A stretch of 64,000 nt of DNA from an uncultured archaeon (GTDB taxonomy: Archaea > Asgardarchaeota > Thorarchaeia > Thorarchaeales > Thorarchaeaceae): contig CAZLEV010000001.1 in the NCBI GenBank assembly GCA_964558645.1, forward strand, positions 413,568 to 477,567, read 5' to 3'. Each line of letters opens with the position of its first letter. Positions within the stretch are counted from its first letter, which is position 1. The notes under the pieces are model-generated. The model worked only from the letters and a program-made list of their open reading frames with translations. It searched no databases and was not told where the DNA came from. Positions 21,476 to 30,608 of this stretch are shown piece after piece. Position numbers and translations under genes: made by a program.

Positions 21476-21961
21476 CTAGTTCTCGCTGTCCTTGATAATC
21501 TTCAGGATCTCTTCTTCGACTGTAGGGGTCATTTTGGGTCTAGTCTTGATCCTTCCCACTTCTTCTCCTGACTTCTTGAATACGATTATCGTCGGGCTGC
21601 TGGTGATCTCGAATATATCCACTTCCCTAGGACTCGGCGGGACTGCCCAGTACTTGTCTGAACCGGGCGGAGGCTTCTGCATGCCTCCGAGTGCTCGAAC
21701 TTCTATATCGATTTCTTTTTCCAGGAGAGACAGCACAGGAACAGCTCGTCGTGCATCTCCACACCAATCTGCAAACACAGCTACGATGACATAGTCATCA
21801 GCATACTTCCTCAGTTCTTCAACGACGTCGTCCTTCAACTCGTAGCTCTGGGCAAAACGAACAAAACCTCCCCTATACACTGGGGTCATCTCTTCTATGT
21901 ACTGCTCACATCTAGGGCAGTCGTCTGTAACTTCGTTTAGTGTCGGCATCTTACTCACCAT
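21476..21961 (-). CDS. Thioredoxin-fold protein (WCGD motif)
   Basis: FADWCGDARRAVP and cis-Pro SPTII. Confidence 0.8.
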   Translation of the reverse strand: MVSKMPTLNEVTDDCPRCEQYIEEMTPVYRGGFVRFAQSYELKDDVVEELRKYADDYVIVAVFADWCGDARRAVPVLSLLEKEIDIEVRALGGMQKPPPGSDKYWAVPPSPREVDIFEITSSPTIIVFKKSGEEVGRIKTRPKMTPTVEEEILKIIKDSEN

Positions 21962-22033
21962 CGCATGCTCTGTTCAGTTTCATGGTCAATATCCATAAGG
22001 TGTTTGCGCAAGAGGTATTCTGGTTTCGTTACC

Positions 22034-22516
22034 TTAGTCTGGAGGGCACACGATATCAGTTCCCTTCTCGCCTTTCCTTGATTGAAGAGGGAGCTGTTTC
22101 ACCATTGTGATCACACTCTCCAGATTTCTCTCATGTTTCTTTTCGTCTTCTGCGAGGTGTTCCAGGAGGAACTTGCCTATCGGGTCATCCATTTGTTTGG
22201 CGGCCTCAGCAGAAAGCTTTGCCATGGCAGTTTCTTTGCTCATCAGCGAACGCATCTTCCTTTCCATCTTCACACGGTCAACGTATCGCTGGACCTTGGC
22301 ACTCCATTCGTCACACGGAGTAGTTGTTAGAGTTTCGATTACCCCCTCAAGAAACTTGACATGCTTCCACGTGTCTAGCCTGAGATCTAGATAGACTAGT
22401 CTTACTGCGGTTTCTCCTGCTTGGTTCTCGAGCTCCGCAAGCTCCTCTAATGCCTTGTTCTCTATGTCTATCTGATCCCTTAGTGTATTGATGAGCATAG
22501 TAGTATCACTTACCAT
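22034..22516 (-). CDS. Ferritin-like four-helix-bundle protein
   Basis: Paired E...DxxKH / E...DEKKH metal motifs. Confidence 0.7.
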   Translation of the reverse strand: MVSDTTMLINTLRDQIDIENKALEELAELENQAGETAVRLVYLDLRLDTWKHVKFLEGVIETLTTTPCDEWSAKVQRYVDRVKMERKMRSLMSKETAMAKLSAEAAKQMDDPIGKFLLEHLAEDEKKHERNLESVITMVKQLPLQSRKGEKGTDIVCPPD

Positions 22517-22633
22517 TCTGCTAAACTCCTAATCATAAGTCTTGTTCTCTATTGTTAAGTAACTATATTTAAGTCTATCGTAGACCCGAGGCTGTACATG
22601 GTGTGTACATCATGAAACCATGGATCGAAGCAT

Positions 22634-23641
22634 CTAGTCGAGATGAAGAGGCGACCTGCACTCTGGATGATCGAAAATCTTCTCGCTTTCATATTTGTTG
22701 CCGAGGAACTGATTAATCATGAGTGCTGCGTAGTTGCCAGTACCTGTTGCCATCGACACTTGCTGGGTGATTGGCCTGCAATCTCCTGCGGCCCAAACTC
22801 CCTCTACGTTTGTCTTTCCTCTGTGGTCTGTGACGATATTGCCTCTCTGGTCAACCTCAACGCCAATCTGTTGTGCCACTTCTGACCGTGGTTCGGCAAC
22901 AAAACCAACGAAGAAAACGTTACATCGAATCCTCTCTCCTGATTCCAGTGTGAGACTCTGAACCTTGCCAGGCCTTGGGAAAGATATCTCCTTGATCTTC
23001 CCTCTGAGCCACTCGTACGGCGAGTCGTCCAGCCGGGATAGGTCTTGCTGGTCGATCGGCATGTATGCATCTTCAGTCATCAAGATTCGAACATCCTTTG
23101 TGAATCGACTGAGTGAGTGGGCTACATGAAGTGCACTACCAACAGTTCCGGCGTTGACCACTAGTACATCCTTTCCCTTGCAGAGAGGCGCCTCGCAATC
23201 CGGACAGTAGTAGGCCGCATTGCCCACATTGGCAACCGGCAACCATTTCCTCCACATTCCATCCACCCTGGGATGTTTCCGAGCCGTGCCTGTTGCAAAG
23301 ATGAGCGTTTTGGCCTTGTACTCTGACTGATCAGAAGTCCTATAGCTTCTATCTGTCTGCACAACGAATTCGGGATACTTGCCCTTGACTTCAGCGACAT
23401 TGCCCTCTTTGAACTCTGCCCCAGATGACTTGGCCACTCCCTGCAATTGCCGGAGGAGAGTCCTTCCCTCATAGTATGTCGGGCCAGCGGGGAAGTTCAT
23501 GATTGTATTAGTGTGATAATGCATCGGGCTTGTTCCACGGTCCAAGACCAAGACAGAACGATGATGATAGGCCAGATGAAGTGCGCCAGCAGCTCCTGCT
23601 GGTCCTCCGCCAACGATGATGGTGTCGTAGAAATCAGTCAT
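22634..23641 (-). CDS. Thioredoxin-reductase-like FAD/NAD(P) oxidoreductase
   Basis: GGGPAG, ATG, YCPDCE, GVWAAGD. Confidence 0.85.
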   Translation of the reverse strand: MTDFYDTIIVGGGPAGAAGALHLAYHHRSVLVLDRGTSPMHYHTNTIMNFPAGPTYYEGRTLLRQLQGVAKSSGAEFKEGNVAEVKGKYPEFVVQTDRSYRTSDQSEYKAKTLIFATGTARKHPRVDGMWRKWLPVANVGNAAYYCPDCEAPLCKGKDVLVVNAGTVGSALHVAHSLSRFTKDVRILMTEDAYMPIDQQDLSRLDDSPYEWLRGKIKEISFPRPGKVQSLTLESGERIRCNVFFVGFVAEPRSEVAQQIGVEVDQRGNIVTDHRGKTNVEGVWAAGDCRPITQQVSMATGTGNYAALMINQFLGNKYESEKIFDHPECRSPLHLD

Positions 23642-23728
23642 GAGCTAATACCCGTTATAGGTGTCACTGCCTCCGTCTTAAAACTCTATGCGAGCTTCAA
23701 AAAGAGAACGAAGGTTGTGATTGCAGCT

Positions 23729-24361
23729 CTAGCCCAAACATTCTCCTCCAGCATCTCGGCCAAGGTCAAATGCTTTGGAATTGGCATGGCGGGTCTTGGG
23801 AGGGACGAGGTCAAGTACTGCCTTCCTTACGCTCTCGGTATCAATCGGGAAATCCCTGCAGCTGCAGACCGCCCCAATCAAGACTGAATTCTCCGTCCTC
23901 GGATTGCCCGCCTCTTCTGCGAGGGCGAGCGAGTCCAGCATCACAATGCTCTGGGTCACCTTACGGAGTTTCTCTTCTATGTTTTCAACGGTAAGATACT
24001 TCGTGCTCCTTTCTTTGTCGAGTGCCACCATTTCGGTCTCACCGGGTGGGGGCATGATGCGATTGCTCATGATGATGACCCCGTCGTCCTTCAAATACTC
24101 TATGTAGCGGAGCGCCTCTGTGGCTTCCATGGCTATCATCATATCAGCAGTGCCGTAAGGGATGAGGGGAGATATCGGCTTGCCCATTCTGAAATGGACG
24201 TAGATTGAACCTTGCCTCTGTGACAGGCCATGCTGTTCTCCTGTGACCACTCCTATGCCGGCATCTACTGCAGCCTTACCCAGGATGGATGACAAAAGCA
24301 TCAGGCCTTGTCCACCAACTCCAGCAAAGATGATGTCAAAGCCATCTTTGATTTTGCTCAC
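23729..24361 (-). CDS. iorB: Indolepyruvate:ferredoxin oxidoreductase beta subunit
   Basis: AGVGGQG, EQHGLSQRQGS; coupled to iorA. Confidence 0.9.
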   Translation of the reverse strand: MSKIKDGFDIIFAGVGGQGLMLLSSILGKAAVDAGIGVVTGEQHGLSQRQGSIYVHFRMGKPISPLIPYGTADMMIAMEATEALRYIEYLKDDGVIIMSNRIMPPPGETEMVALDKERSTKYLTVENIEEKLRKVTQSIVMLDSLALAEEAGNPRTENSVLIGAVCSCRDFPIDTESVRKAVLDLVPPKTRHANSKAFDLGRDAGGECLG

Positions 24362-26259
24362 CTCTTCACCTCCATCTGATGCGGTGCATCTACGGGACAC
24401 ACCTGTCTACATTCAAGGCAGCCGTCACACAGGTCTTGTTGTATTATCATCTTCCCGTCTGACTCGTCAACAAGAATTGCTGGACAGTAAAACTCCTTGA
24501 CGCAGGCGTAGATTCCTCGACAGGTTTCTTTATCGTTCTCGCTAGGAATGATGCTCTGTCCCTGCTGTTTCTTGAGCCGATCTCCGTAGAGCGCACAGGC
24601 TCGCCTTGAGATTATCACGTTGAACCCATCTGCTTCTATCGCATCCTTGATTGGGTTGATGCAGTCACGGGTTTCATAGGGATCAATCACGGTGACGGAA
24701 TCTGCACCCATGGCCTCGAGCATCTTCTCCATGTCAATCTTCCTGGCAGGATGTCCTCCTGCGTCTTTCGGACTGTTTGGGTTGAACTGCTGCCCCGTCA
24801 TGGCCGTCACTGCATTGTCGAGCACAAACAGTGTGACATTTGCATTGTGATGGATGAGGTTGATGATGCCTGGGAGCGCAGCGTGATAGAGCGTGCTGTC
24901 TCCAACCATAGCGATAATATGGTCCTCCAGTGTCATCTCCATCCCCGCAGATATGCCAACAGAGGCACCCATCGCAAGCATCGAGTCGCTGAACCTATTG
25001 GGTGCCAGGAATGCCATGCTGTAACAGCCTATGTCATTGTTGAAGACAATCCTGTTTCGTATCTTCAATCGGTCGAGGGCCTGTCGAAATGCCCATAGCG
25101 TCCCGCGGTGAGGGCACCCCGGACAGAAGATGGGGTGTCGTTCAGGTAGGATCTCTTTCAGTCCATTGGCCCGTTTCAGGACAGAATCGTAGTCAAGGCT
25201 CAGGTCTTTTCCTGTGACTTCGGCAAGAACCTTCTCAACGATGGGAACGTTATACTCCAGCATTTCACTGAAGTGGCCGCTTCGTTTTCCGATGATCCTG
25301 AGAGAAGGATTTACGTCTTTAGTAATTGCTGCAATGCGCCTCTCAAGATAGGGTGTCAGTTCTTCGACTACAATGAGAACCTTGAGTGTCTTCAGATACT
25401 TTGCAATCCTACTCTCTGGGAGGGGGAACAGCGTGCCGATCTTCATCACAGGAAGATGCAGACCGAGGTTGCGGAGCGCTTCCTTGGTGTGGAGATATGA
25501 AACACCTGCGGTGAGTATTCCTATGTTGCCTTCACCTGGGTCAATGTGGTTGTGAATACTGCCCTCGAACTCCTCTCTCAGAGATTCGCGCTTCTCAAGT
25601 AGTTTTCTCTTCAAAGCACGAGCCACAGCACCAACAGTGAAATACTGGTCCTCTACGTCCGTCCATTGCCTTTTCTTGAACTCGGTTCTATTGAGCTCAC
25701 CCAGCTGTACCATACCTCGTTGGTGATTCACACGAGTAGTTGTACGGATAATGACCAGGGTCTTGTGACGTTCCGATATGTCAAAGGCCCATTTTACCAT
25801 TTCCAGAGATTCCTGAGGTGTGGCTGGCTCGAGCATCGGGACATAAGCCGCCTCACCGAAGTACCGCCCATCTTGTTCTGACTGAGAGGAGTGGGCATGG
25901 GGGTCATCGGCCATGACTGCAACACACCCTCCATTCAACCCGGTATACGCCGTTGAGAACATTGAGTCACTTGCGACGTTCATTCCCACGCTCTTCATGG
26001 AAGTAAATGAACGGAAGCCGGCCATCGAGGCGCCGGCTACTGTTTCAAGAGCTACTTTCTCGTTGACAGCAATCTGCATCCGATAGTCGCCAAAATGATC
26101 CAGCAGCTCGCTGAATGTGTCCAAGATTTCTGATGTTGGACTGCCCGGGTAAGCCGCAACCACTTTCACATCTGATTCAAGTGCGCCTCTGACTATGGCC
26201 TCATTTGTGAGCATCAGTGCTCTGCCATGATCTGTCCGCTTCACATCTTCTATGGTCAA
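24358..26259 (-). CDS. iorA: Indolepyruvate:ferredoxin oxidoreductase alpha subunit
   Basis: YPGSPTSEI, NEKVALE, SQSEQD, FCPGCPHR, DIGCY, TPP motif GDST..H, C-terminal ferredoxin CDGCLECRQVCP. Confidence 0.92.
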   Translation of the reverse strand: MTIEDVKRTDHGRALMLTNEAIVRGALESDVKVVAAYPGSPTSEILDTFSELLDHFGDYRMQIAVNEKVALETVAGASMAGFRSFTSMKSVGMNVASDSMFSTAYTGLNGGCVAVMADDPHAHSSQSEQDGRYFGEAAYVPMLEPATPQESLEMVKWAFDISERHKTLVIIRTTTRVNHQRGMVQLGELNRTEFKKRQWTDVEDQYFTVGAVARALKRKLLEKRESLREEFEGSIHNHIDPGEGNIGILTAGVSYLHTKEALRNLGLHLPVMKIGTLFPLPESRIAKYLKTLKVLIVVEELTPYLERRIAAITKDVNPSLRIIGKRSGHFSEMLEYNVPIVEKVLAEVTGKDLSLDYDSVLKRANGLKEILPERHPIFCPGCPHRGTLWAFRQALDRLKIRNRIVFNNDIGCYSMAFLAPNRFSDSMLAMGASVGISAGMEMTLEDHIIAMVGDSTLYHAALPGIINLIHHNANVTLFVLDNAVTAMTGQQFNPNSPKDAGGHPARKIDMEKMLEAMGADSVTVIDPYETRDCINPIKDAIEADGFNVIISRRACALYGDRLKKQQGQSIIPSENDKETCRGIYACVKEFYCPAILVDESDGKMIIQQDLCDGCLECRQVCPVDAPHQMEVKR

Positions 26260-26489
26260 TCTATATTCCCTCAGCAACGGCAGTTTCGATATTTCACTCG
26301 GCCTTCTGTCCCTGTTCAGATAAGCATTCGCTTGACCCACAGATGTCCACCGGTAGTACACAGGAACTATTCTTTTAAGAACTGAGAAAATGTCTGCTGA
26401 TACACGCTATCAGTAAGGCCAACAGTGGGGCATCCTAGTAGGCCATGTCCTGCAATAGCGTGCTTGAACCATCGGAAGTGACCAGAGTG

Positions 26490-26774
26490 ATGCTTGTATT
26501 CTCATGTCCGGAGTGTAAAGGGAAGGCCTCGATGGATATTACTGAAGAAGAGGTTGCAGATGTGAAAGCCCGGATAGCCCAGGATGGTCGATCTCCCACA
26601 GTGATTGTCAAGTGTGAGAACGGGCACGATTTGTTGGTGACACTCTATAATATGGGGGATGGACTTGGGGTTCGTGACGTAGTTGTGGCCATGACGAAGG
26701 CCGAGGTTTCAGGCAACAAGACAGAGGTTTCAGAGATTGACTGGTTGAAGAGGGCCTTCGGGGGTGAGCGATGA
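26490..26774 (+). CDS. Small putative zinc-binding protein
   Basis: CPEC...CENGH ligands; ATGA overlap with the next gene. Confidence 0.65.
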   Translation: MLVFSCPECKGKASMDITEEEVADVKARIAQDGRSPTVIVKCENGHDLLVTLYNMGDGLGVRDVVVAMTKAEVSGNKTEVSEIDWLKRAFGGER

Positions 26775-27148
26775 TGGTCATTCATCTTGTTGCTCGTGTC
26801 AATCTAGAGAACCTTGACACTCAAGTTATCTATCCGCGAGATCAAAAGGAAGAAGAGCGGATTGCACTTCTGACTGGAATCGTCCAGCTTGTTTCAACTG
26901 CTCTTGAACGGTCGGGTACCCCATCCGCCAAGGGACAACCCATGTTCATGAAATCCGAGAAGGGAGTTATAGGTTACTGCGTTGTGAAAGAGGATCTATT
27001 CATCTGTCAGGGTGATGCTGAACGGGAAACGGGTGACGCACTCAAGATGCTGGCGAACACGCCAAAGGCATCTGACGAGGAATTGTCCGGTAGTATCGCT
27101 GACCTGGTGTCTAAGCGCGGAAAGGAAATCGGAGATCTTTGGAGGTAG
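26771..27148 (+). CDS. Longin/roadblock-like small alpha/beta protein
   Basis: 125 aa with a beta-beta-alpha-beta-beta-beta-alpha-alpha pattern; in an operon with a GTPase. Confidence 0.5.
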   Translation: MMVIHLVARVNLENLDTQVIYPRDQKEEERIALLTGIVQLVSTALERSGTPSAKGQPMFMKSEKGVIGYCVVKEDLFICQGDAERETGDALKMLANTPKASDEELSGSIADLVSKRGKEIGDLWR

Positions 27149-27153
27149 AAAGA

Positions 27154-28563
27154 ATGGATTTCAGGCTAGCTTTTATTGTTGGCGGCGCTATTGCAACATT
27201 CATTCTAATCATCTCTCTGATACTATTTGCCCGGGCATACATGCGACTCAGGGACCGTCTGTCCTCTCCAGTGAAAAGATCGCTTCTTCTCATGGGTGCG
27301 GCAGGTTCTATGATCGTCTTGGTGGGGTTCACTGCAGCGATAGCAGTCATCCTGATCGATATCTGGCTTGTTATCTTCGCCTCTCTTATAATCAACTCAG
27401 AGGTTAGCCTGCTGAGTGATGATGCCGACACTCGTTTCATTGGAACGGTTTCGTCTGTAGTTGTCATGTTTCTTGTTGTGTTGTTGAAATTCGCAGTACC
27501 CGAAGTGGGAGCCTTACTGGCTGGTCCGCTATTGGTGGGAATGTTTGGTGTAGCTTTTCTGCTTGGCGTTAAGCTGATTCTCACCTCTCCGTCACCGTTC
27601 AGTATTTCGCTGATTGTTCTCTTACTCGCAACAATCTCGACCTATGTATTGGCATCAACAGGTATTCTCGGAATTGCTCCTGAATACTTTATTATAATCA
27701 TAATCCCCGTCGTTGTTCCAGCTGCCATTTTTGCTGGGATGTCCCGCCCATGGCGTTACATGGTTGTATTATCAATAGTGTTTCTGGCCCTATCCGTAGG
27801 CATGTCATTGACTATTGTTTCATATCTCTCAAATGAACCCCAGATATATGGATATGTTCTTGCAGCTGCTGCAGCAGCGCTTGCAGCGCTATACCCTCTG
27901 AATTACTTCTTGGAACAAGCTTCTATCACCGGTGCAAGAACGCCGGCATTCATTGCTGCTACCCAAGTGGCAATATGCCTCCTAGTTATCACTCACAGCA
28001 ATGCGTGGGCCATAGCTTGGAACCACGCCGTAGCTCAGGGGCTGACAATTGCAGACAATGTCTGGGATGTGCATTTCCTGTTTGTTGACTGGGTTCTTGG
28101 AGTTGCAGGCGTTTCGTGTCTCCTGCTCGCTGCGATTTCGACGAGTGCCAGCGAGAAGGCCATTTCTACGACCATAGATTCTCTGACATTCATCGGCTTT
28201 GTCTTGATTGTTCTCGGTCATCCGTTTGTACGGGGAGACAAGTACGAGCTCGCCCTTCTCTATATGCCTTTGGCCGTATTGATTGTGATTGCCACTGGAG
28301 CATTCGTAAGAGTGGCGGCCCGGATGAAGAAGACAGGATCCACTTCAGCAGCAGCTCGCTTTATCATGTTTATCTTCGCTTCTCTGGGTGCTGGGTTGGC
28401 TGCGATGTTTTCAGACATGATGTGGATGATGTGGCCACCTCTGGTCCTGTCCATCATGGTTGCAGTAGCATTAATGCTGCTAGCAAGCAGCCCGAGCGGT
28501 TTCAGGACTCTGACTCGACTCAAGAGTCCGACCATTCCGTTAGCAGGAGAGGATAACGCATAA
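27154..28563 (+). CDS. Multipass membrane protein (paralogue A)
   Basis: About a dozen or more hydrophobic segments; shares motifs with the next gene. Confidence 0.85.
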   Translation: MDFRLAFIVGGAIATFILIISLILFARAYMRLRDRLSSPVKRSLLLMGAAGSMIVLVGFTAAIAVILIDIWLVIFASLIINSEVSLLSDDADTRFIGTVSSVVVMFLVVLLKFAVPEVGALLAGPLLVGMFGVAFLLGVKLILTSPSPFSISLIVLLLATISTYVLASTGILGIAPEYFIIIIIPVVVPAAIFAGMSRPWRYMVVLSIVFLALSVGMSLTIVSYLSNEPQIYGYVLAAAAAALAALYPLNYFLEQASITGARTPAFIAATQVAICLLVITHSNAWAIAWNHAVAQGLTIADNVWDVHFLFVDWVLGVAGVSCLLLAAISTSASEKAISTTIDSLTFIGFVLIVLGHPFVRGDKYELALLYMPLAVLIVIATGAFVRVAARMKKTGSTSAAARFIMFIFASLGAGLAAMFSDMMWMMWPPLVLSIMVAVALMLLASSPSGFRTLTRLKSPTIPLAGEDNA

Positions 28564-29945
28564 TGGATTTCACCTTGGCAGTGCAAATTGGATCCGTAGT
28601 CACAGCCGGCATTCTTGTTTTCTCAGCTGCTGAGTTCGGAAGATCAATCTACCGTATTCGTGGTGATGTGGCCTCCTCAACCTTCAGGGCACTTGTCTTC
28701 TTCGGAGCCGCTTCGCTTACACTTGGCCTAATAGTGATCAATACGACCTTCGTGGCCGGTACCATTGGACAACGAACGTGGATTGCATTGTTCTTGGTAT
28801 TCATCATAGTGTCAGAGGTGCACGTTGCCACCGATAGTAAAAGGGCACATCGGGGCATCTATCTAGTTGCCGTATTCGCACTTGTTGCAGCGGCATTGGT
28901 CGCCATGCAGAGTCCAACTGAAGTTTCGCCAGTTCTGGCCACCGCTCTGACCATCGCGGTTACAACTGCAGTCTTGCTTGGCGCATGGTTGACGTATGAT
29001 TCTCCTTCGCCTTTCACCGTGGGTCTGCTTCTCCTTCTCGGTGCTTTTCTTGCGTCTTGGTCGATAATTACGCAGGGGGTCTTTGCCCAAGAGATTGACT
29101 TGAGTTCTTTCAATCTCTTTCTGATTCTGTTCCTGCCTGGGATGGTGGCCTCGTCCATCATGATCTCGATGCTGAAGCCCTGGCGACGAATCCTCACCTA
29201 CTTCATAATCTTCACTTCGGTCATGACAGCTGCTTCAATCGGACTTGCTGCACTTCTCACTCATTCGGCGGCGGTCGACCTTCAGATTGCAATCTTTGTA
29301 TTCGCAACGTGCATAATAGTGGCAGCTTCGACTGGTTCAGTCGACTTCTTCCTCGAGCAATCTGCTGAAACCAAAGCACGCATCCCCCTTTACATGGCGC
29401 TTACGCTTGTTTCAATTGCTGGGTTGCTCATATTGCATATGTTGTTCTATCCGATGTTCCTGCTGACAGGTATCAGCGAGGATCCTTTGCTCTCGTATAC
29501 TCAATGGATTCTCGGCATGACTGGGACTGCAGCCTTTGTTATCGGAGGATTCTACTCTGTTATCAGCAAGAGGGCTGTTAACTACTTGCGGCGAGGGCTG
29601 CTGGTATTCGTCGCCGTGATGGTGGTTCTAGCCAATCCTGTAATTCGCTTGGATTCTCTTGGACTCGCATATCGATGGGTGTACAATGACCTCTTCCCAT
29701 ACCTCATCGGCGTAATCTTAGTGGGTGTGGTCGGTTACATGCTAGTAGTCAGGCGGTTGCGTCGAGTGGGCTCTCAACGGGCAGCACGAAACTTCATGTC
29801 CTTTGCATTCTCTGCGTTGGCCACTGCGGCTGCCGTATTCTTCTCTGACGACCTTCCGTACCTCGTTGTTCTAGCTCTGATTGTTATACTTGGCAGCCTG
29901 ATGTTGTCAAGCAGTCCGAGAAGAGTCGTTGGAGATACAAGGTAA
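28563..29945 (+). CDS. Multipass membrane protein (paralogue B)
   Basis: TAATG overlap with paralogue A; shared SPSPF, PWR, FLEQ, FSD and SSP motifs. Confidence 0.85.
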   Translation: MDFTLAVQIGSVVTAGILVFSAAEFGRSIYRIRGDVASSTFRALVFFGAASLTLGLIVINTTFVAGTIGQRTWIALFLVFIIVSEVHVATDSKRAHRGIYLVAVFALVAAALVAMQSPTEVSPVLATALTIAVTTAVLLGAWLTYDSPSPFTVGLLLLLGAFLASWSIITQGVFAQEIDLSSFNLFLILFLPGMVASSIMISMLKPWRRILTYFIIFTSVMTAASIGLAALLTHSAAVDLQIAIFVFATCIIVAASTGSVDFFLEQSAETKARIPLYMALTLVSIAGLLILHMLFYPMFLLTGISEDPLLSYTQWILGMTGTAAFVIGGFYSVISKRAVNYLRRGLLVFVAVMVVLANPVIRLDSLGLAYRWVYNDLFPYLIGVILVGVVGYMLVVRRLRRVGSQRAARNFMSFAFSALATAAAVFFSDDLPYLVVLALIVILGSLMLSSSPRRVVGDTR

Positions 29946-30001
29946 GATTTAATGATACTACTGGGTAGGCAAGGTGCGGACAGAAGTACCGAGGTGCACA
30001 G

Positions 30002-30544
30002 ATGGCCATAATAAAAGCAGTAGTACTAGGGGAGACCGAAGTCGGGAAGACTTCGTTCACTGCCCGCTGGACAACTGGCAGTTTTCCGGACCCAAGCTCG
30101 CTGAAGACCACTGTTGGTGCAAGCTTCGACACGAAGCGTGTGGATCTACCCAGTGGCATGACAGTGACCCTGAGCCTTTGGGACTTCGGGGGACAATTGC
30201 GCTTCATTGAAGCACTGAAAGGGATGATTCGTGGAACTAAGATAGGCGCCTTCTTCTTTGACGTCTCCAAGATGGCCACTCTGGATGCAATCTTCGGCTA
30301 TTGGATTCCGACAGTAGAGCAGAATAGCACGCTCAGCTTCTCAGACGGTGCGGGTGAACGCTTCGTTCTCGTGGGAAACAAGATTGACCTTCTGGATGCT
30401 CCATTTAATCAAGTCCAAGATGAGATGGATCGCCTTGCGGAGCCATACGGGATGAAAACCCAGCTTATATCCGCGAAGACTGGAATCGGCATCGAGAGTC
30501 TTGATTACAAGTTCCTTGAGATCATAAGCAGGTTTGCCGAGTGA
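30002..30544 (+). CDS. Ras/Rab-like small GTPase
   Basis: G1 GETEVGKT, G2 TTVG, G3 WDFGGQ, G4 NKID, G5 SAK; no CAAX. Confidence 0.92.
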   Translation: MAIIKAVVLGETEVGKTSFTARWTTGSFPDPSSLKTTVGASFDTKRVDLPSGMTVTLSLWDFGGQLRFIEALKGMIRGTKIGAFFFDVSKMATLDAIFGYWIPTVEQNSTLSFSDGAGERFVLVGNKIDLLDAPFNQVQDEMDRLAEPYGMKTQLISAKTGIGIESLDYKFLEIISRFAE

Positions 30545-30608
30545 ATGGGTTACCTCACTGTTTTGGGTGTGGCACGAATGCTTTGAGGGCTTGAACCATC
30601 GGGCAGAT

